Positions 46,758 through 55,937 of a stretch of 58,730 nt of DNA are shown piece after piece. Position numbers and translations under genes: made by a program. Under the pieces are notes generated by a model, which worked only from the letters and a program-made list of their open reading frames with translations, was not told the DNA's origin and searched no databases. The DNA is taken from sequence record SRR20825019_449. The stretch is one strand, 5' to 3'. Position 1 is the first letter of the stretch, and each line of letters starts with the position of its first letter.

Positions 46758-49700
46758 TTATCGGCTTGTTTTGTGGGTGAAAAGGGTAGCCCAAAGCTGC
46801 GCTAAACATGCCCGCAGTTTGTGCAAACCAATAAGCAATGCTGGGGTTAGAAGAAGGATTGCCCAGATCGAAAAGAAGCTGCCAAAGCTAAGCGCAATCG
46901 CCAGCGGGATTATAAATTGAGCCTGTGTTGACACCTCAAAAAGTATGGGGATTAGCCCTATTGAAGTCGTGAGCGATGTCAGCATGATTGGACGAAAGCG
47001 ATCCATAGCAGCTGTGCGGATCGCATCGTAAGGCGTCTGGCCCCCGATTATATTTTCTCTGGCTCTCATGGTTAAAACCAAAGATCCATTAATCACTAAG
47101 CCAGAAAGTGCGATAAACCCAAATGTGCTGATAACATTGATGGAGTAGCCCATCAGAATGTGTCCGAAAATTGCAAACGCGATACAGAACGGAATAACCG
47201 ACAAGACGATCAGGGCCTGAAGATAAGAGCGAAATAAGCCCGCAAGTGCGGCAAATATTGCACCAAAACACATCAGGGTACCGCCGAGAATTGTGGTGTT
47301 TGTTTCGTCCTCCATTTCGGCTTCACCGCCATAAGACCACTTTAAGCCAGGCATTGCCTGCAATAGCTTCGGCATAACATTTTCAGCGACCTCCTTGCGG
47401 ATCAGGCTCACGTTGGCTTCTTGTCGGTTGATATTGCCTGCTACAGTGACAATGCGACGATTGTCACGCCGGGTGATACGCGTATAAGCATTCCCATACG
47501 AAGGTTCCGCAACGCTCATTAACGGCACCTCTGTGCCATCAGGACTAAGAATCGTCATCTTCCCCAGGCTGTGCAGGGACATGCGGTCGGCCCCCGCCCG
47601 CCTGAGCCGCACACGAATTTCGTCACCATACCGTATCTGCCGAATACTCTCGTTTCCGAAATATGCATCCCGCAACTGCTGGCCAATATCGGCAGCGGAC
47701 AATCCCAACCTGTCGGCAAGCGGTGTCGTTCGAAACGAGATTTGCGGTTTTCCAGGTGTCAGACCGTTGTCGATGTCCTCCACACCTTGAAGCCGACTGA
47801 TGGCGCTGGCCACCTTCAGAGCCGCATCCTCCAAGACCTTTGGATCAACATGCGAAAGTTGAATTTCCAGTTCTTTGTTACCCCCGGGACCAACTTCAAA
47901 GTCATAAAATACATTCATTGGGCCAGCCATCAGGCCAACCTCACGGCGCCACCGTGAAACAAAGTCGGCTGCTGCAAAGGGTCGATGATCCTGCCCAACA
48001 AGAATCACAGTAACCGACCCAATGTTTCCGGTTCCCTCTTTGATGCGTCGAGCGGCATAGTGCACACCGCCAAGTTCAGACAGAGCGCGCCCGGCCGCTT
48101 CATCTATATGGTTCAAGCTGTCTTCCAATACATAGAACGGGCTGCCGGCTGGCATTTCAAACTCGACTTCTATGCGCGTGCTCTCCACCTTCGGGGCAAA
48201 GTTTGTATCGATCCGGCCAGTGGCTACCCACGCAAATATAAAGGCCAGAAACCCCACAAATATAAGCAGTGTATTCAGCGGATTTCGCATACTAAGCAGA
48301 AGAAAATACCTGTACGGTCCGGTTTTCAGTGCCAGAAAGCCCACCGCAACATGAGCCCTTATCCTCGCCAAAGGATGTACTACGGTTGCAAGTAAACTGC
48401 CTTCTTTCAGCGCACGAAATTGGCGAATTTCGCCCTTCATTCCCATTAAATGGGCGGGGAGAATAAATATCGCCTCAATAAAGGAAACGATGAAGATAGC
48501 AAATACCAGCATTGCCATTGGTTTAAGCATTTGTCCAATTTCGCCCGGTAAGAACATCGAAGGCAGAAAGGCCATAATGTTGGTACCCACTGCGAACGTT
48601 ACCGGAACCAGCATTTCTTCAACGCCGTCCATGACGCTTTCCTGAACAGGCTTACCTGCTTGCAGGTGGCGATAAATATTCTCACCCACAATAACAGCGT
48701 CATCAACGACAATGCCCAAAGTGATTATAAAGGCGAAAAGAGTAACCATATTCAGGGGTACTGCCGCTGCCGGCATAAAGGTCACTGCGCCCAGAAAAAC
48801 AACCGGGATAGAAGCGCTTACCCAAAAAGCAAGCCGGATTTCCATAAATAGAGCCAGAGCGACAACCACGAGCAATAGTCCCATGGCTCCGTTTTCATAT
48901 AGCAGCCCAATCCTGTCCCGAAACGAATCCGCCTGACTATCCAGCACATTGATATACATCCCGGTGGGTAAGCTTTTCTGACGCTCTGACACGTAGCTAT
49001 AAACCTGCTCGGAAAGTTCCAGAATGCGACCTTTTTCACTTTGGAAAACCACTAATTCATAACCACGTTGGTTATCAAAGGTCAGTATCCGATCTGTATC
49101 CTCAAAGCCTTCGGAAACCTTTGCAATGTCGGATAAACTCACCAATCCAGCTGGGGACGCCACCGCACTCAGCTCGCTAAATCTCTCCGCTTTGTCACGT
49201 TTTCCAAGAATCCTTAGAAGGGTTTCTCCATCTGATCCGCGAATAGCGCCCGCAGGAACGTCTTGGGCGGTATTCGCCACCGAATCTGCAAGTTCTGCGA
49301 GGGTAAGGCCTCGTGCCCTTAGCTCAGCGGCAGGGACTTCAATAAGAATCTCGGGCCGTCTGGCACCGACAATATCAACGCGCGTTATGTCCGGGATTGT
49401 CAGGAGGTCTGCCTGTATATCTTTTGCAACCATGTACAGCGTTTGTTCATCAACGTTGCCGTACAGCGCCAAAGCCACGATATCTTCAATATCTTCGGCC
49501 AGCCGTACTTCCGGACGCTCTGCGCCTATTGGGAATGTCCTGATCCGATCTACAGCTATCTTGATATCCTGCAGCGCAACATTCGGGTTTGCGCCCTCCG
49601 CCAGTTCGGCAAGCACATGCCCATAGCCTTCTTCAGCTGTGGCTACCATCTTTCGGATGCTGCTGATGCCCTGCAGGTTGCTTTCGATCCCCAGCAGGAT

Positions 49701-49910
49701 ACTTTCTTCTACTTCCTCAGGACTCGCACCTGGATACTCGACGGAGACCTCAACTTTATTCAAGGTAAAAGAGGCCTGCGCTTCTTGTTCCACAATCTGC
49801 AGGGCAAAATAACCACCCGCCAAAAGAGCAACCATCAACATGTTGGCTGCAATTGCGTTTTGCGCCATCCAGCCTGCCAGCCTGCTTATGGCACTTCTCT
49901 GGGCCGTCAT
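46758..49910 (-). CDS. RND efflux permease (AcrB family)
   Basis: YPGASPEEVE, GIVVDDAVIVGENI, RFRPIMLTSLTT. Confidence 0.93.
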   Translation of the reverse strand: MTAQRSAISRLAGWMAQNAIAANMLMVALLAGGYFALQIVEQEAQASFTLNKVEVSVEYPGASPEEVEESILLGIESNLQGISSIRKMVATAEEGYGHVLAELAEGANPNVALQDIKIAVDRIRTFPIGAERPEVRLAEDIEDIVALALYGNVDEQTLYMVAKDIQADLLTIPDITRVDIVGARRPEILIEVPAAELRARGLTLAELADSVANTAQDVPAGAIRGSDGETLLRILGKRDKAERFSELSAVASPAGLVSLSDIAKVSEGFEDTDRILTFDNQRGYELVVFQSEKGRILELSEQVYSYVSERQKSLPTGMYINVLDSQADSFRDRIGLLYENGAMGLLLVVVALALFMEIRLAFWVSASIPVVFLGAVTFMPAAAVPLNMVTLFAFIITLGIVVDDAVIVGENIYRHLQAGKPVQESVMDGVEEMLVPVTFAVGTNIMAFLPSMFLPGEIGQMLKPMAMLVFAIFIVSFIEAIFILPAHLMGMKGEIRQFRALKEGSLLATVVHPLARIRAHVAVGFLALKTGPYRYFLLLSMRNPLNTLLIFVGFLAFIFAWVATGRIDTNFAPKVESTRIEVEFEMPAGSPFYVLEDSLNHIDEAAGRALSELGGVHYAARRIKEGTGNIGSVTVILVGQDHRPFAAADFVSRWRREVGLMAGPMNVFYDFEVGPGGNKELEIQLSHVDPKVLEDAALKVASAISRLQGVEDIDNGLTPGKPQISFRTTPLADRLGLSAADIGQQLRDAYFGNESIRQIRYGDEIRVRLRRAGADRMSLHSLGKMTILSPDGTEVPLMSVAEPSYGNAYTRITRRDNRRIVTVAGNINRQEANVSLIRKEVAENVMPKLLQAMPGLKWSYGGEAEMEDETNTTILGGTLMCFGAIFAALAGLFRSYLQALIVLSVIPFCIAFAIFGHILMGYSINVISTFGFIALSGLVINGSLVLTMRARENIIGGQTPYDAIRTAAMDRFRPIMLTSLTTSIGLIPILFEVSTQAQFIIPLAIALSFGSFFSIWAILLLTPALLIGLHKLRACLAQLWATLFTHKTSR

Positions 49911-51094
49911 TGCGTGTGCTCCAGGATGATAAGCGGTGCACCCTCTTTGGCTTGGCCTAATGGGCTTGTCACAAGCCGATCACCAGGCTGAATATCACCT
50001 TTTACATAACTATGAGTTGTGTCCTGCCAAACCGTGGTGACTGGCAGTAGCTTCAGTCTATCGCCAGTCGTTGCCAGCATTAAATGCCCATCCAGAGAAA
50101 GAGTCGCAGAAGGCACAGCGTATATATTATGTAGCTTCCCCGCGCTGATCCTCGCTCGAACAAAATCGCCCACCCGAATGAGGCCTTTGCCAGACTTAAC
50201 ACTGATGTCCAAGGCTGTTTTCTCAACAGGTATAGAAACCAATACCTGTGGGCTATGTACCCTGGTGCTCAGTACCGGCAGAAGGGAGATTATTGACCCA
50301 GTGGCAAGGATATCATTACCGCTCGTTATTACCTCTACAGGCATACCGGCCTGCACTTGCTGTATGTCTTGTTCCTGCAGCGCAAGCCGTAAATACAAAG
50401 TGCCGCTGTCAATCAACGTTACTGCAACAGTCCCCGCTGCCAACAGTTGTCCTTTTGTGACCGTTTTTTCTGAAACATACCCTGTAAATGGGACTCGAAC
50501 TGCCGTACGGGCCAGATCTTCCTTTGCCATGTGCAAATCTGCTGTGGCTTGCGCCAGGCGCGCTTTTGCCCTGTCCAGCTGCGGTACTCTCAGCACCAAC
50601 TGCCTGTCAGACTTTGAAAGGGTTTGCATTTGCTCAAGTTGCTGCAGTTCGCGCCGCGCTATCTGCTGCTGGCCTTCTTCCAACTGCACGTCAGCGCGCG
50701 CGATCACAACAGCGTTCTCTGCACGAGTAACGGCACTTCTGTACGTTGTCTCATCTAAGGAAAAAAGCACCGTGCCAGCAGCAAAGACCGCCCCTTCCTC
50801 CAACTGGGGGTGCACATATGTTACACGGCCACTCACTTCAGGGGCCAGCTGTACCGAACGGGCCAGCTCAATGGTGCCATATGCCTCTATCATCCTAGGC
50901 ACCGACTGTTGAACCAGTGACGCAACGGTCACCGGCACGCCTTTTTCTATAGCCACAACCGAAGCTGGCGTTGGGGCAGTCACAAACAGAAAGCTTACTG
51001 ATGCAACTATGGTCAGCACCAGAACAATGGTTGTTAAAGAAAAACGGGGCATAGTATCGTCCAGCGCTGCGAAAAATGTACGGAATGTACACAT
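49907..51094 (-). CDS. RND periplasmic adaptor (membrane fusion protein)
   Basis: PEVSGRV, coiled coil, VRVPFTG; start at 51094 or 51052. Confidence 0.9.
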   Translation of the reverse strand: MCTFRTFFAALDDTMPRFSLTTIVLVLTIVASVSFLFVTAPTPASVVAIEKGVPVTVASLVQQSVPRMIEAYGTIELARSVQLAPEVSGRVTYVHPQLEEGAVFAAGTVLFSLDETTYRSAVTRAENAVVIARADVQLEEGQQQIARRELQQLEQMQTLSKSDRQLVLRVPQLDRAKARLAQATADLHMAKEDLARTAVRVPFTGYVSEKTVTKGQLLAAGTVAVTLIDSGTLYLRLALQEQDIQQVQAGMPVEVITSGNDILATGSIISLLPVLSTRVHSPQVLVSIPVEKTALDISVKSGKGLIRVGDFVRARISAGKLHNIYAVPSATLSLDGHLMLATTGDRLKLLPVTTVWQDTTHSYVKGDIQPGDRLVTSPLGQAKEGAPLIILEHTQ

Positions 51095-51122
51095 TTATTT
51101 CCGTAGAGAATGAACGCTGCTG

Positions 51123-51138
51123 CTTAAATGAAACTGAA
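51123..51138 (-). promoter_or_regulatory. Direct-repeat box
   Basis: Minus strand TTCAG-N6-TTAAG upstream of the MFP-RND operon. Confidence 0.55.
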
Positions 51139-51167
51139 AAAGTAGCGGGCATTGAGCCCGCTACTTT
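51139..51167 (-). terminator. Intrinsic terminator after the TonB receptor gene
   Basis: Perfect 12-bp stem AAAGTAGCGGGC/GCCCGCTACTTT with a U-tract on the minus strand. Confidence 0.8.
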
Positions 51168-51216
51168 ATAGGCGCCATGGGCGACTACTCTGGGGGAATA
51201 CTCGTTCTACTTTATA

Positions 51217-53445
51217 CTAGAAATTCACCGCAACGCTGATGCCATATTCTCGCGGCGGGTGATACGTAACGGTACGCTGCTCATACAGTCCCACCACTGG
51301 CCCAATGCCGCTTTGTTCCACCTTATTGGTAAGGTTTCTGCCCCACACAGAAACTTCAAAGCGATCATCTAGGTCAGCCCAAGTCAAACGAGCGTCAACC
51401 TTGCCTACACCAGGCCTACGATTTTGCTTAAAGAAAGTAGACCCGTCGTCAACCATAAGACCATCAAGAATTGTGCCTCTATTCCTGTAATCAACACGCA
51501 GGCGAAGATCACCTTTGTCTTCAAAAAGCGGGATATCCACAGTACCAGACAGAGCAATTGTCCACTCTGGAACTTCCGCAAGCTTCATCCCGATAAACTC
51601 GGCGTTTGGGTGTTGCTTCATTTCAGAATCAATATACCCGAACGCACCGCTCAACGAGAAAATGCTGTTCGGCCGCAGAAGAAAGTCGATTTCCACGCCA
51701 CGAATATCAGCCTCACCCGCGTTATCAACAATGGAGGTGCCTGACGGCAAAAAGTCCGGCACCTGAATATCGTCATAGCTCATGAGAAAAGTTGTAGCAT
51801 TGACAATAAAGCGCCTGTCAGCAGAGGACGCGCGCACGCCTGCCTCAATGTTAGTTAGCTTCTCTTTGTCGAAGCTGGTCATCAAGGCCTCGGCGTTTAC
51901 AGGCTCGCCGTTAAATCCGCCAGAAAGGTAGCCCTGACTGATGGTTGCATACACCATCACGTCATCAGTGATATTGTAGTCAAGCGAAGCCCTGCCCGTA
52001 AAAGCGCTCCATTTATCAGACGCGGATCCTGCAACGGTTGGCAATGAATCAGGTTCAATAAAGACATCAGCCGCAAAGCCAGTTGCAGTATGATCAACGG
52101 TAAAGTCTTTTTTGTCCCGGCTATAACGCCCCCCAAGGGTTAACCGCAAAGTGTCTGTCAGGTCGATAGCTGTTTCACCAAACACACCGTAAGCATTCGT
52201 CGTATTATATTCGTCAAAAACCTGATCCGTACCAAGAGCGTCTCCCAGGTTTGGCAATGCATACAGCGCCTCTTTGTGTTCCAGACGGTTCGAATCCTCG
52301 TTCAGGTAAAACAACCCGATAGTCCAGAACAAGCCGTCTGCTGAAGGCGAATTGTCGAACCTTAATTCCTGGTTGAATACATCTGAATCGTTGCTGGAAT
52401 TCTGCACAACAAGCCGTGATCTTGTACCGAACAAGTCGTTCCGGATATCATCGTCGCCGTGCCTGTAAGCTGTGATCGACTTCAGGCTAAAGCCACCAAA
52501 TTCCCAATAGATATCTGCTGATACGCCGTAAATTTCGCGCTCATAGAATGTGTCCTCATTATTGCTGGCTTCATAGGGATCAAGCGAGTCGTCCAGCAAC
52601 GGGAAATCCGTGATGGGCTCAATAAAAAAGGGGAGGCTTGGATCATAAGAACGACGGGGACGCGGCGATCCGTGATCGTCTTTACTATAGTGCGCTCGAA
52701 GATGCACAGAGAATTGATCTGAAGGGTCGACTAGAAACTGCAAACGTCCGGAGAATGTCTGTCGCGTATCCAGGTCTTCACCGCTTATCGCATCATCCGT
52801 ATAGCCATCGCTTTCATCATAATAAAGACTCAATCGCGCTGAAATTTTATCGCTGATTCCGCCGTTTATGTAACCCTCAGCCTTCAGACGGTTGAGATTT
52901 CCATACCCGACCTTCAGTGAACCCGATGGCTCCTGCGTCGGCTTCTTGGAAATGAAATGAACAATGCCACCCGTAGCGTTCCGTCCATAGGTTGTGCCCT
53001 GCGGCCCGCGTAGAACCTCCACACGTTCCATGTCATAAAATGCGGACGCATACATAAAGGACCGTGAAATAACTTCACCGTCAATCAAGACGCTTACGCT
53101 GGTATCGGTTGCCGGGCCTTCTGACCCGCCGGCTACGCCCCTGATTGAAAGCGTTTGCTCAGACGGGTTGTTAATCGCTGAACCCGCACCAGGTATCATC
53201 GCAACGATATCAAGAATATCGTCCGCGCCGGTTTCCTTCAAAGTTAGCGAATCTAGAGCCGTAACGGACAGCGGTACATCTTGCAGGTTTTCTGTGCGTT
53301 TTTGTGCCGTAACAATAATTTCTTCAAACATAATAGTTGAATTGTCATCGTCCTGTGCCTTCACCGACTGGCCAAAACAGCCTACCATTAACATAACGGC
53401 TATTGATGGCTGGGCCACATAGTGCTTTTTAGAATACTTTGACAT
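51217..53445 (-). CDS. TonB-dependent receptor
   Basis: EEIIVTAQKR, RVEVLRGPQGTTYGRNATGG, PREYG...NF. Confidence 0.93.
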   Translation of the reverse strand: MSKYSKKHYVAQPSIAVMLMVGCFGQSVKAQDDDNSTIMFEEIIVTAQKRTENLQDVPLSVTALDSLTLKETGADDILDIVAMIPGAGSAINNPSEQTLSIRGVAGGSEGPATDTSVSVLIDGEVISRSFMYASAFYDMERVEVLRGPQGTTYGRNATGGIVHFISKKPTQEPSGSLKVGYGNLNRLKAEGYINGGISDKISARLSLYYDESDGYTDDAISGEDLDTRQTFSGRLQFLVDPSDQFSVHLRAHYSKDDHGSPRPRRSYDPSLPFFIEPITDFPLLDDSLDPYEASNNEDTFYEREIYGVSADIYWEFGGFSLKSITAYRHGDDDIRNDLFGTRSRLVVQNSSNDSDVFNQELRFDNSPSADGLFWTIGLFYLNEDSNRLEHKEALYALPNLGDALGTDQVFDEYNTTNAYGVFGETAIDLTDTLRLTLGGRYSRDKKDFTVDHTATGFAADVFIEPDSLPTVAGSASDKWSAFTGRASLDYNITDDVMVYATISQGYLSGGFNGEPVNAEALMTSFDKEKLTNIEAGVRASSADRRFIVNATTFLMSYDDIQVPDFLPSGTSIVDNAGEADIRGVEIDFLLRPNSIFSLSGAFGYIDSEMKQHPNAEFIGMKLAEVPEWTIALSGTVDIPLFEDKGDLRLRVDYRNRGTILDGLMVDDGSTFFKQNRRPGVGKVDARLTWADLDDRFEVSVWGRNLTNKVEQSGIGPVVGLYEQRTVTYHPPREYGISVAVNF

Positions 53446-53691
53446 GGTTTCCCTTCCTCCCTGATTTCCCTTAGTTCCCCAGAGCCCGGTCCGCCATCTG
53501 TATTTACAGGGCTTGCAAGCTCTTTCTTGATTCTACATCCCGATTTCCAGGGCTCTCAATGGGTTCCGCATGAAAGGGCTAAAAGTTTCCCAAAGACGTT
53601 TTAAGTCAGCTTAAATCTGCAAATTACGAGGAAAAGTTACGGTTTTTCGCGGTCACCGGCCCATTCATGCTGCGTGAAATGGACGCCCCAT

Positions 53692-55029
53692 CTAGATCGC
53701 AAAACGCATCTCCATGCCGATTGCAAATCCATCAGATCGGTCACCGCCAAATGCAGCACCCGGATTTACGTACGCCACGTTGGCTTCCAGGGACAGACCG
53801 AAGGCAAGCTTAACACCAACGGTTACATCAATCTCTGACGCTAGTTTCTTGTTCAGCCCATTGGGCTGTCCGTTCCAGCTCCAGCCTGGCTGGCTTGTTG
53901 CTAGCTTATCCTGCCAAAACAAATGATAAAGCAAGGAGACAGACCAGGCCTTTCCAGGAAAATGGCGTGCCATAAGAGTAACCGCATGAATGTTAGCTAC
54001 CTCTGCGCGGAGCGCTTCCCCCAGAAGGCGGTACTTTGGCCCTGCCCCCCAAAAGCTGTTATTTCGCTGCAACCCGGTTTGACGATAAAGGCCGTCAGTT
54101 TCATCGGTCGGGTCGCTATCGCCAGAGCCCCAAATATAGGCAACACCTAACTCCGTTCTCGTGGGCAAGGCTAAATCATATATGGCGCGTATTTCTGTTG
54201 ACCATGCGGAGCGACTACCCTGCAAGGTTTCACCCCGTAGATGCGTTACTTCAAGCCAGTGCTGCAATTGGGGCAAGGCTCTGCCATAACTACGAAGCGC
54301 ATAATATGTTCGGTCGTCCGCAGTTAACGATCTATCATTCAATAGCAGAATAAGAGCACCAATATTTACCGTACCAAAAAGGCGTTTTTCGGCCTTTGTT
54401 ATAATATCTGTTGATCTGGTGCTCGCATCGCCATGAAGGATATCCGCCCTAAGGTCACCACGGGAAAAAATACCGAAATCAAGCTGATAGGACTGTGAGG
54501 CATACGACATAAGGGCACCGTCATATTGCGCCCGAAGGATGGCCTCGCGCTTATCCTGAATCGTCATCCGGCCGAATCGAAGCGACAGACCTTCCATACC
54601 AGCATCATGTATATTCACCCGGGCATTTTCCAGAATGACCTCGCTGCGAGCGCCGCCGCTATCCTTCAGGCCAACTTTCTCCTTCAATTCAACAGAAAAA
54701 TACAAGTCACTGTTGCGGGTAAGGGGTGCAGCCAGCCCAAATTCAACACGAACGGGTATATCTGCTTGATCAAACGAACTCTCTCCGGTCAGATCACGGT
54801 TAAAACGCGAAAAGGGAAACGCCTTTAACTGTCCGCCCCACTGAATACGCCCCAAGCCGACGTTCTCACGCCGCTCTTTACGTAAAACCGGCAAGAAGTC
54901 CAGTGCTTGCTTTTCCGCAATATTGAGAGGTTCTAGATTAGCTGGGCTATTGTCTGCAGCGTACACTGAAACTGTTGATAATAACGCCGACAACAGAGTG
55001 GAAACAGCTCTGGAATATGCCACATGCAT
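53692..55029 (-). CDS. AlgE-like (alginate export family) outer-membrane porin
   Basis: Signal peptide; GSGD..D..YRQTGLQRN, EIDV; amphipathic beta strands. Confidence 0.7.
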   Translation of the reverse strand: MHVAYSRAVSTLLSALLSTVSVYAADNSPANLEPLNIAEKQALDFLPVLRKERRENVGLGRIQWGGQLKAFPFSRFNRDLTGESSFDQADIPVRVEFGLAAPLTRNSDLYFSVELKEKVGLKDSGGARSEVILENARVNIHDAGMEGLSLRFGRMTIQDKREAILRAQYDGALMSYASQSYQLDFGIFSRGDLRADILHGDASTRSTDIITKAEKRLFGTVNIGALILLLNDRSLTADDRTYYALRSYGRALPQLQHWLEVTHLRGETLQGSRSAWSTEIRAIYDLALPTRTELGVAYIWGSGDSDPTDETDGLYRQTGLQRNNSFWGAGPKYRLLGEALRAEVANIHAVTLMARHFPGKAWSVSLLYHLFWQDKLATSQPGWSWNGQPNGLNKKLASEIDVTVGVKLAFGLSLEANVAYVNPGAAFGGDRSDGFAIGMEMRFAI

Positions 55030-55089
55030 TGTTCAACCTCGCATTCATCGAGTGCAGTCAGGCAACGGTGCAAAGAAGCGACAGACGTT

Positions 55090-55512
55090 TCAAAGTCCAG
55101 ATCGACGGATAAAATTTTGCCTGGAGATGAAAAGGGCGCAAAGTGGGAAAGCTGCCATAATGACATGAACAACTTCCGCCAGAATATGTGGCGCAGCGAG
55201 CTCAGGGATAAACGGCGTCCCCACCCAAAACGGTGCGTAATACCCCGCCATCAGAACCATTGAAATTACCCACGTCTGCGGCGTTCGCCATTTTTCCGGG
55301 CCGAAAAAAACAGCTAGCAAAATAAGGACTGCGGCCATGTCGCCGAAAGCCTCGCGAAACGCGTGATACCAAGCGTGGGTTGCGGCTTCATCACCGCCAC
55401 CAATCAACAGATAGGCCGGGTCCCCAACATGGCTAATGGTTTTTGCCCAACTGAGAGTACCAACCAACATGCCAATAGCCAGCAATCCTCGACCCATCAT
55501 TAGTCGGTTCAT
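55090..55512 (-). CDS. Hypothetical 4-TM membrane protein
   Basis: AGGA RBS before ATG 55512; HAWYHAFRE motif. Confidence 0.7.
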   Translation of the reverse strand: MNRLMMGRGLLAIGMLVGTLSWAKTISHVGDPAYLLIGGGDEAATHAWYHAFREAFGDMAAVLILLAVFFGPEKWRTPQTWVISMVLMAGYYAPFWVGTPFIPELAAPHILAEVVHVIMAAFPLCALFISRQNFIRRSGL

Positions 55513-55572
55513 ATTCTTGTCCTTATATCGCCTGTCGAACTCGGGTGTTATTGCGGACCCTAGGTTTCCTTT

Positions 55573-55588
55573 CTGAAACAAACCTGAA
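55573..55588 (-). promoter_or_regulatory. Direct-repeat box
   Basis: Minus strand TTCAG-N6-TTCAG, about 60 nt before ATG 55512. Confidence 0.55.
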
Positions 55589-55937
55589 CCTCTAAAGATG
55601 GATCGACGTTGCAAGAGGGAGCGGGGCGTTTTGTTACAGCCGCTGTAGGTCGCTCCAGCTTCCATGTAGGTCCTTGGTTCGGGCATCGCCATCTCTGGTT
55701 TAGGACGCTATACGCTTCTTCAAATGCCAGACGCGGCACTCGTACCCGTTGAAAATGCTAGGAAAAACAGGACCTTGCAGCCACTACAAAGGTGTCACCT
55801 CTCCAAAACCCGGAAGTCTGGTGGTTACCCCTGGAGTTTATCCAAAGTTGGAACAGGTTTTTCGCGAATAATTTTGGAGGACGATCACACACTGCACCGT
55901 TGAGCCAACAATAGTATTTGGCAAAACAGGAAAAATT

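Noticed and set aside
53601-53615. TTAAG-N5-TTAAA upstream of the TonB receptor gene as a fifth regulator box
   Set aside because: Period is 10 rather than 11 and the second half-site deviates; unresolved
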